This document shows positions 1 through 6,247 of a stretch of 26,937 nt of DNA, piece by piece. A program made the translations under genes and the position numbers. Below the pieces are notes generated by a model that did not search any database, was not told where the DNA came from, and worked only from the letters and a program-made list of their open reading frames with translations. The stretch's first letter is position 1. Every line of letters starts with the position of its first letter. The DNA comes from an uncultured Actinomycetota bacterium (GTDB lineage: Bacteria; Actinomycetota; Humimicrobiia; Humimicrobiales; Humimicrobiaceae), in NCBI GenBank assembly GCA_964398155.1, contig CAYNMO010000004.1:1-26937 (forward strand), in the 5' to 3' direction.

Positions 1-1544
1 ATGAAATGAAAAAAATAATTGCTTCAAATCAGTCATATGTCAGAAGTGAAATAACCAAAGATGAAGCAAGAAAAATATTTAAAGAAAATCCTTACAAGCT
101 GGAGCTAATCGAGGGCATAAGCGATGAATATGTAAGCACATATCAGACAGGAGATTTTATTGATCTTTGCAGCGGGCCTCATATTTTATCAACAGGTAGG
201 ATAGGTGCTTTTAAACTGTTAAGTATTGCAGGCGCTTACTGGCGCGGAGATGAGAAAAACAAAATGCTTGTCCGGATATATGGAACTGCTTTTTTTAAAA
301 AAGAGGATCTTAAAGATTACCTGGACAGAATCGAAAGAGCAAAATTAAGCGATCACAGAAAAATAGGAAAAGAACTTGAACTATTCAGTTTTCACGATGA
401 AGCCCCGGGGTTTCCTTTCTGGCATCCCAAAGGTATTGCCATAAGAAATGCAATTCTGGAGTATTGGAGAAAAATTCATATTGAAAATGGTTATCAGGAA
501 ATTCAGACTCCTATCATTTTAAGCAATGAGCTTTGGCAGACTTCAGGACACTGGGATCATTACAAAGAAAATATGTATTTCGTTAAAATTGACGATTGCG
601 ATTATGCAGTAAAACCAATGAATTGTCCGGGGGCTATTCTTGTATATAAATCAAAACAGCACTCATATAAGGAATTTCCAATAAGATATGCCGAGCTCGG
701 ACTGGTCCACAGACATGAAAAGTCCGGAGTTTTGCACGGTTTATTCAGAGTAAGGAATTTCACCCAGGATGACGCGCATATATTTGCTCTTGAAGAAAAT
801 CTTGCAACAGAAATTGCAGCAATAATTAAGATGATTGAAAAAGTGTATAGTATATTTGGTTTTAAAAGTTACCATGTGGAACTTTCCACAAGGCCGGATG
901 ACAGGATAGGTTCTGATGAAATATGGGACAGGGCTGAAAATAAGCTTGAGGAAGCTATTAAGGAAAATAATCTGGATTATAAAATAAATCCTGGAGACGG
1001 GGCTTTTTATGGACCTAAAATAGATTTCCATGTCAAAGATTCTCTCGAAAGAACCTGGCAGTGCGCAACAATCCAGCTTGATTTTTCTATGCCAGAAAAA
1101 TTTGATATCTCTTATACCGGTGAAGATAATTTGAAACACAGACCTGTAATGCTTCACAGGGTTATTTTAGGCAGCGTCGAAAGGTTTATAGGAATATTAA
1201 TTGAGAATTTTTCAGGAAATCTTCCTTTGTGGATTGCACCTGTTCAGGTTGCAGTATTGCCAATTTCTGATAAATTTCAAGAATATGCGGAAAAAGTTTA
1301 TAATTTACTACTAAAGGAGGGATACAGAGTAGAAATTGATAGCAGGGTTGAGTCTTTAAACAAAAAAATAAGACAGGCTGAAATCAATAAAATTCCGCTT
1401 ATGGTTGTGCTGGGAGAAAAAGAAACAGAGTCAGAGACTGTTACAGTCAGGAAAAAAGCAGGAGGTGATATAAAGAATATAAGAATTGAAGAGTTTATAA
1501 GTATTTTAAGAGAAAATATTGATGAACGGAAAACTTTTATTTAA
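1..1544 (+). CDS. thrS: Threonyl-tRNA synthetase, 5'-truncated by the window edge (ORF-track ATG at 6 is internal)
   Basis: Editing-domain DLCSGPH, catalytic KPMNCP, RHEKSG, FRVRNFTQDDAH, GAFYGPKID and QCATIQLD motifs, plus a C-terminal anticodon-binding domain. Only 512 aa are visible versus ~640 aa typical, and the frame is open to the window start. Confidence 0.98.
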   Translation, partial: EMKKIIASNQSYVRSEITKDEARKIFKENPYKLELIEGISDEYVSTYQTGDFIDLCSGPHILSTGRIGAFKLLSIAGAYWRGDEKNKMLVRIYGTAFFKKEDLKDYLDRIERAKLSDHRKIGKELELFSFHDEAPGFPFWHPKGIAIRNAILEYWRKIHIENGYQEIQTPIILSNELWQTSGHWDHYKENMYFVKIDDCDYAVKPMNCPGAILVYKSKQHSYKEFPIRYAELGLVHRHEKSGVLHGLFRVRNFTQDDAHIFALEENLATEIAAIIKMIEKVYSIFGFKSYHVELSTRPDDRIGSDEIWDRAENKLEEAIKENNLDYKINPGDGAFYGPKIDFHVKDSLERTWQCATIQLDFSMPEKFDISYTGEDNLKHRPVMLHRVILGSVERFIGILIENFSGNLPLWIAPVQVAVLPISDKFQEYAEKVYNLLLKEGYRVEIDSRVESLNKKIRQAEINKIPLMVVLGEKETESETVTVRKKAGGDIKNIRIEEFISILRENIDERKTFI

Positions 1545-1693
1545 AAATACGTCTAATTTCTATAATTAATAATCAATTTTAGTAAGATTTATTCTAAAAA
1601 AATTAATATTTACTTATTTTAACTGATTTTGTGTTTTAATTTACTAAAGAATTTATATTTTTTAATTATATCTAAAATACTTTGAGGTGAAAA

Positions 1694-3043
1694 ATGACAT
1701 TAAAGGAAAAAATAAGATTAAAATCTACTTCAACAGCTATTAAAGGTGCTTTAAAAATTTTGCCCAAGCTCTCAGATGAGCAGTGGTTGAAAATCATAAG
1801 AGGCAAAATCTACAAATCAAAGAAAAAAGAAGAAAGAGATTTTATGGAAAATCTCTTTATCAATATTAAGCGAAAAGTTGCAGATGTGGCTCCAAATGTA
1901 AGAGAAAAAATAATCATGAATCTTATTAATAATGCAATGATTCAGGGACAGCCAAAGAGAAAAGCATTTGCAAAAAAATATGGAATCAATCCGCCCAATC
2001 ATCTGGTCATGAGCCCGACAATGTCATGCAATTTAAAATGCTTTGGATGCTATGCTTGGGAATACAGCAAAAAAAATGACCTTCCTTATGATGTTTGCAA
2101 TAGAATCATAGAGGAAGCTAACGATATAGGAATTTACTTTTTTGTCATTACAGGTGGAGAGCCTTTTTACTGGGATCATCTCTTTGATTTCCTTGAAAGA
2201 CACAGTAATTCTTTTTTCCAGATATATACCAACGGTCAGTTAATTGATGATAAGGTTGCTGAAAAATTAGCCCAGTTAGGTAATGCCCTGCCATGTATCA
2301 GCGTTGAGGGATTTAAAGAAGAGACTGAAGCAAGGAGAGGTGTTGGAAGCTGGGACAAGATCATGAACACTTTTGATATTTTAAAGAAAAACGGTGTTAT
2401 CTATGGTATTTCAGTAACTGCAACCAGCAAAAACAATGAACTTGTTGTAAGTGATGAATTTATTGATATCATGGTTGAAAAAGGAGTATTTGTTGGATGG
2501 TATTTTAATTATATACCTATTGGCAAAGAGCCGAACATGGAGCTTATGCCTACTCCCGAGCAGAGGGATTACAGAAGAAAAAGAGTGCTTGAAATAAGAA
2601 AGACCAAAAACATTACAATTGCAGATTTTTGGAATGACGGAAATCTTGTTCACGGATGTATGGCTGGCGGAAAGAATTATCTGCATATTAATGTAGACGG
2701 TGATGTTGAGCCATGTGTTTTTGTTCATTTTGCTGCTGATAATATCAAAGAAAAAAGCCTTGTAGAGATAATAACTTCACCATTCTTTATGGCTTTCAGA
2801 AAAAGACAGCCATATTCTGATAATCTTCTAAGGCCTTGCTCAATTATTGATAACCCGGGAATGTTAAGAGATATTGTAGCTGAAACAGGGGCTCATCCTA
2901 CACATGAAGGTGCAGAGACAATCATTACTACTCTTGCAAAGCCTTTGGATGATTACGCAGAAGCCTGGAAATGTTATGCAGATAAAGCATGGGAAACGGA
3001 ATATGATAATTATACTGATTCCGGCCAAAGGGTTTCGAGATAG
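1694..3043 (+). CDS. Radical SAM protein of unknown function with an N-terminal helical extension and a C-terminal SPASM/Twitch-like region
   Basis: CNLKCFGC (CX3CX2C), ITGGEPF, YTNG, then GCMAGG...NVDGDVEPC and RPCSIID. SD GAGGTG at 1684-1689. Confidence 0.9.
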   Translation: MTLKEKIRLKSTSTAIKGALKILPKLSDEQWLKIIRGKIYKSKKKEERDFMENLFINIKRKVADVAPNVREKIIMNLINNAMIQGQPKRKAFAKKYGINPPNHLVMSPTMSCNLKCFGCYAWEYSKKNDLPYDVCNRIIEEANDIGIYFFVITGGEPFYWDHLFDFLERHSNSFFQIYTNGQLIDDKVAEKLAQLGNALPCISVEGFKEETEARRGVGSWDKIMNTFDILKKNGVIYGISVTATSKNNELVVSDEFIDIMVEKGVFVGWYFNYIPIGKEPNMELMPTPEQRDYRRKRVLEIRKTKNITIADFWNDGNLVHGCMAGGKNYLHINVDGDVEPCVFVHFAADNIKEKSLVEIITSPFFMAFRKRQPYSDNLLRPCSIIDNPGMLRDIVAETGAHPTHEGAETIITTLAKPLDDYAEAWKCYADKAWETEYDNYTDSGQRVSR

Positions 3044-3066
3044 TTACGGGTTGCAAAAAATTATAT

Positions 3067-3095
3067 TGGACAAAGTATAATTAAATTTGTATAAT
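3067..3095 (+). promoter_or_regulatory. Candidate sigma70-type promoter for the infC operon
   Basis: TGGACA (3067-3072), 17 nt, TATAAT (3090-3095). The surrounding DNA is very AT-rich, so a chance match is possible. Confidence 0.4.
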
Positions 3096-3210
3096 TTATA
3101 AGTTAAAGTTTTGCATACTTTTTAAATATAAAAAGAAGTAAAATTATAACCATATAAAATTATAATTAAGAATAAAAATACAAAAAATTTATTTTTATTT
3201 TTTAAATTTA

Positions 3211-3319
3211 AAGTAGAAATAATCTATTTCTCACCAGATTGCTGCTGCAAGGCAAGCTTGTCTGGTTTATGATAAATTTTAAAAATAGGTAGTAGATTAT
3301 TGTTGCTGCCTATTTTTTT
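3211..3319 (+). ncRNA. L20 leader-like cis-regulatory attenuator upstream of infC-rpmI-rplT
   Basis: Opens AAGTAGAAATAATCTATTTCTCACCAGATTG, resembling the Firmicute AAGYAGAAG-CACCCG-CUUCUCACCUGAUUG. It has a CCAGA/TCTGG hairpin, an anti-terminator pairing AATAATCTA (3218-3226)/TAGATTATT (3293-3301), and a terminator stem 3285-3295/3303-3313 with a T7 tract to 3319. The genomic position is the canonical one. Confidence 0.75.
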
Positions 3320-3348
3320 ATGAAAAAAATAGTGGAGGTGTAGGTTAC

Positions 3349-3855
3349 ATAATTAAGAAAATTCGTATAAATGAACAAATACGAGTTCCAAAAGTGAGAC
3401 TGATTTCTGATGAAGGAAGCCAGCTTGGTATTGTTACGATTGAGAAAGCCATGATTTTAGCTAATGAGGCAGATCTGGATCTTGTAGAAGTTTCTCCTGA
3501 TTCTGATCCACCCGTCTGCAGAGTTATGGATTTTGGCAAGTATAAATATAAGTTGGAACTTAGCGAGAAAGAAAAAAAGAAAAAACAATCTCAGACAACG
3601 ATAAAAGAAGTAAAAATAAGGCCTAAAATTGGTGGCAATGATTTTAATATTAAAGAAAAATATATTGCAAAGTTTCTTAAAGAAGGCCACAAAGTAAAGA
3701 TTTCCATAATTTTTAAGGGCAGAGAAATAGTTCATAAAGATATTGGCGAAAAACTTGCTGCAAAATTAATTGAGGATTTGAGCGGAAAGTATATTTTGGA
3801 TCAGCCGCCAAAAATGGAAGGATTTAATATAACTATGGTTCTTAGTCCGGTTTAA
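3349..3855 (+). CDS. infC: Translation initiation factor IF-3 with non-AUG start (ATA at 3349, or ATT at 3352)
   Basis: The frame upstream of the track's GTG (3394) reads IIKKIRINEQIRVPKVRLI, the conserved IF3 N-terminus. SD GGAGGTG (3334-3340) lies 8 nt before ATA and there is no in-frame ATG nearby. LDLVEVSP, PPVCRVMDFGKYKY and FKGRE motifs present. Confidence 0.95.
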   Translation: MIKKIRINEQIRVPKVRLISDEGSQLGIVTIEKAMILANEADLDLVEVSPDSDPPVCRVMDFGKYKYKLELSEKEKKKKQSQTTIKEVKIRPKIGGNDFNIKEKYIAKFLKEGHKVKISIIFKGREIVHKDIGEKLAAKLIEDLSGKYILDQPPKMEGFNITMVLSPV

Positions 3856-4012
3856 TCTTTATTGTGATTATTTTTTTATCCAAAATGATAATCTCCCGGA
3901 AATTATTTTTCTTGAATAATTTATTTGATGATGTATATTGTGCTTTATTTGATATTTGGAAATTAATCTAAAACGAAAGAAAACATCTTGATGTGGATGG
4001 AGGAAAACAGAT

Positions 4013-4206
4013 ATGCCTAAAATGAAGACTAACAAAGCTGCTGCCAAAAGGTTCAGGGTAACCGGAACCGGTAAGGTTATGAGGCGAAAAGCTTATAAGA
4101 GCCACATTTTAACCAAAAGAATGCTTATAAAAAAAGACAGCTTGGACAGCCGTCATTGGTAGACGGTACAAATTTAAAAACAGTAAAAAAACTTCTGGGA
4201 ATATAA
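4013..4206 (+). pseudogene. rpmI: 50S ribosomal protein L35, frameshifted as assembled (sequence error, true lesion or recoding)
   Basis: ATG 4013 with SD GGAGG gives [35 protein letters not shown], then goes off-family and stops at TAG 4160-4162 (49 aa). The -1 frame from 4117 gives [29 protein letters not shown] ending at 4206. One extra A restores a 64-aa L35. Absent from the ORF track. Confidence 0.9.
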
Positions 4207-4237
4207 TCCCTGGATATAATTATTTAGGGATTATATT
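4200..4237 (+). other. Hairpin between rpmI and rplT overlapping the restored rpmI stop
   Basis: AATATAATCCCT (4200-4211)/AGGGATTATATT (4226-4237) is a perfect 12-bp inverted repeat, extendable through the loop and followed by a T-rich run. Confidence 0.5.
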
Positions 4238-4278
4238 TCTTTTAAATTTTAGTTTTAAATTAGAGAGAGGTGTTAGGA

Positions 4279-4638
4279 ATGGCTAGAATAAAAAGAGGAA
4301 CCGTAAAGAAACAAAGACATAAAAAGGTTTTAGAGCAAACTAAAGGATACTATGGTTTAAGAGGTGGTGCCTATAGAGTTGCCAAAGAGCAGTTAATGAA
4401 ATCATTAAGCTATAATTATATTGACAGAAAAAATAAAAAAAGAGATTTCAGAAGGCTGTGGATTACAAGAATAAACATAGCATCACGAGAAAACGGATTA
4501 TCATATAATGAGTTTATAAACGGTTTAAAGAAAGCAAATATAGAGATAAACAGAAAAATGCTTTCAGATATTGCCGTAAATGATGCACCGTCCTTTAAAA
4601 AATTAGTGGAAACTGCAAAATTACAGCTTTCTGCCTGA
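4279..4638 (+). CDS. rplT: 50S ribosomal protein L20
   Basis: MARIKRG...KGYYG...[22 protein letters not shown]...[27 protein letters not shown] 4279 behind SD GAGAGGTG fits the family better than the track's GTG at 4270. Confidence 0.98.
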   Translation: MARIKRGTVKKQRHKKVLEQTKGYYGLRGGAYRVAKEQLMKSLSYNYIDRKNKKRDFRRLWITRINIASRENGLSYNEFINGLKKANIEINRKMLSDIAVNDAPSFKKLVETAKLQLSA

Positions 4639-4691
4639 TATAGAATATTATTGGTTTAAGGTTATTAATTAAAATTTTTTATAAAAATTTC

Positions 4692-4799
4692 ATCCAGCCG
4701 GGTATCTGATTTTTCAGAGAAATATTTTTAAAATCAGACACATAAAATACTGTATATGAGTATTTACTACATTATGCCCGGTAAATAAAAAATCTGGAT
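4692..4799 (+). other. Unassigned nested multi-stem (three-way junction) element downstream of rplT
   Basis: ATCCAG/CTGGAT (4692-97/4794-99), CCGGGTA/TGCCCGG (4698-4704/4775-81), TCTGATTTT/AAAATCAGA (4705-13/4730-38), AAATACT/AGTATTT (4745-51/4759-65). Confidence 0.35.
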
Positions 4800-4874
4800 A
4801 CTTGTTTTTTTATATTCCAATAGTCTAAAACTTTTATAATTCATTGGACTTTTATGGTTTTTTGTCGGACGCTG

Positions 4875-4922
4875 AGTAAAAAAATAAAACTATTAACTGT
4901 TAGTTTTATTTTTTTACTTTGT
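4875..4922 (+). terminator. Probable intrinsic terminator of the infC-rpmI-rplT transcript
   Basis: Perfect 18-bp inverted repeat AGTAAAAAAATAAAACTA (4875-4892)/TAGTTTTATTTTTTTACT (4901-4918), 8-nt loop, followed by TTGTTT. The stem is AT-rich and could act in both directions. Confidence 0.55.
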
Positions 4923-4958
4923 TTATAGGTATTAAAATTGGTTTGTTACTATTTTAAT

Positions 4959-5130
4959 TACACCAGCAATATAGTACAGACTGGCTGGGCGGCAATTTAG
5001 ATGCTTTTGGCAAAATGTATATGAAGCAATATGTCATCTGGTAATACGGATCCGCAACGGAGCACTTACAGAAGCTGTAGCAGCGTGTACGAATAAGGAA
5101 CGCACCCAGAAATACAGTCTTATTTGGGGA
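4959..5130 (+). ncRNA. Candidate independent structured ncRNA (~170 nt; 6S-like rod is the lead hypothesis; strand not certain)
   Basis: About 45% GC (76/170 in 4961-5130) against ~15-18% in the flanks. The ends pair (AGACTG/CAGTCT, CTGGG/CCCAG, AATA/TATT), with a central unpaired region, an inner stem GTATATG/CGTGTAC and an apical TCCG-CAA-CGGA. An extended -10 TGTTACTAT lies at 4944-4952. Confidence 0.45.
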
Positions 5131-5147
5131 AAGCAATTTAGCATTAA

Positions 5148-5176
5148 TTGTCATTATATAAATTATTTTTTAAAAT
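5148..5176 (+). promoter_or_regulatory. Candidate pheS promoter placing the TSS at the start codon (leaderless mRNA)
   Basis: TTGTCA (5148-53), 17 nt, TAAAAT (5171-76), 6 nt, ATG (5183). No SD sequence precedes the ATG. Confidence 0.6.
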
Positions 5177-5182
5177 TGCCTG

Positions 5183-6220
5183 ATGGAAGATAAAATAATT
5201 TCATTAAAAAAAGAACTTGATGAGGTATTTGTATTTTTTAATATTGATATAAAAAATACAAAATCTTTAACTGATTTTGAACTGCTTGAAAATAAATACC
5301 TTGGAAGAAAAAGTCTTATTGCCCAAACATTAAAAAACATTAATGATTTTCCACAGGAGATTAAACCACTTGTTGGAAAAACTGTAAATGAGACAAGAAA
5401 AAAAATAGATGAAGAACTAAAGGGCTTAAAAAGTGAATTGAATTTTCTTGAATTTGACAAAAAACTAAGAGATGAAAAGTTTGACCTGACTCTTCCAGGT
5501 AGAAATCTGTTTTCAGGAAGCAAAAGCATTCTTAGCAGCGTCATTGAAGAAATACAGGAAATATTTATAGGGTTAGGATATGAGATTGCAGATGGCCCCG
5601 AAGTTGAAACTGATTATTATAATTTTGAAGCACTAAATCATCCCCCTGACCATCCTGCAAGATCTCTTCATGATACTTTTTTTATTGATGAAGGAATTTT
5701 GCTCAGGACACAAACGTCTCCAGTTCAAATAAGATACATGGAAACACATAAGCCACCTGTTTACATTATAGCCCCAGGAAAAGTTTATCGTAATGATTAT
5801 GATGTTACTCATACTCCGATGTTTACACAAATTGAAGGACTCGCAGTTGATGAAAATATTAATTTTGGTAATTTGAAATGGACCCTTGAAACTTTAGTGC
5901 ATAGTATTTTTGGTAAAGACAGGCAGATTAGATTAAGACCCCATTATTTCCCCTTTACGGAACCAAGTGCAGAAGTAGATGTTTCATGCAATATGTGTGA
6001 TGGCAAAGGATGCAGGATTTGTTCAGGTACAGGATGGCTCGAAATACTTGGTGCAGGCATGGTTGATCCTAATTTGTATAAATTTGTAAATTATGATCCT
6101 GACAAAATCAATGGATTTGCTTTTGGAATGGGAATTGAAAGAATAGCAATGCTTAAATATGGAATAAACGATCTAAGGCTTTTCTTTGAAAATGATATAA
6201 GATTTCTTAAACAATTTTAA
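5183..6220 (+). CDS. pheS: Phenylalanyl-tRNA synthetase alpha subunit
   Basis: YNFEALNHPPDHPAR, LLRTQTSPVQIR, PGKVYR, THTPMFTQIEG, RPHYFPFTEPS, CxxC...CxxC insert, WLEILGAG, GFAFGMGIERIAM. Confidence 0.99.
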   Translation: MEDKIISLKKELDEVFVFFNIDIKNTKSLTDFELLENKYLGRKSLIAQTLKNINDFPQEIKPLVGKTVNETRKKIDEELKGLKSELNFLEFDKKLRDEKFDLTLPGRNLFSGSKSILSSVIEEIQEIFIGLGYEIADGPEVETDYYNFEALNHPPDHPARSLHDTFFIDEGILLRTQTSPVQIRYMETHKPPVYIIAPGKVYRNDYDVTHTPMFTQIEGLAVDENINFGNLKWTLETLVHSIFGKDRQIRLRPHYFPFTEPSAEVDVSCNMCDGKGCRICSGTGWLEILGAGMVDPNLYKFVNYDPDKINGFAFGMGIERIAMLKYGINDLRLFFENDIRFLKQF

Positions 6221-6247
6221 ATCCAAAAATAAGGAGAATATTTTTAA

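Noticed and set aside
4741-4790. Purine riboswitch resemblance (ATAA-stem-GTATATG-stem-TACTAC...CCGGTAAA)
   Set aside because: P3 does not pair, the L2 GG and the J2/3 UUUCUAC are not conserved, and no purine-related gene follows.
4854-4928. pheM-like leader peptide (MVFCRTLSKKIKLLTVSFIFLLCL)
   Set aside because: It has only three non-adjacent Phe codons, expected by chance in T-rich DNA. The SD is weak, and the ORF runs through the terminator hairpin.
5044-5066. SRP RNA helix-8 motif (ACGGATCCGCAACGGAGCAC)
   Set aside because: It resembles CAGG-UCC-GNRA-GGA-AGCAG only superficially. A GCAA tetraloop would be closed by a C-C mismatch, and the symmetric-loop residues do not match.
4955-5140. 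T-box riboswitch for pheS
   Set aside because: AATAAGG at 5092-5098 resembles the run-in to a T-box, but the GGTGG-ACC bulge, a convincing stem I/specifier loop and a U-tailed terminator are all absent. pheS also appears to have its own leaderless promoter.
4954-5154. Cys-rich 66-aa minus-strand ORF as a radical SAM RiPP precursor
   Set aside because: It has no SD, is antisense to the operon, is separated from the radical SAM gene by three ribosomal/translation genes, and coincides with a region better explained as structured RNA.
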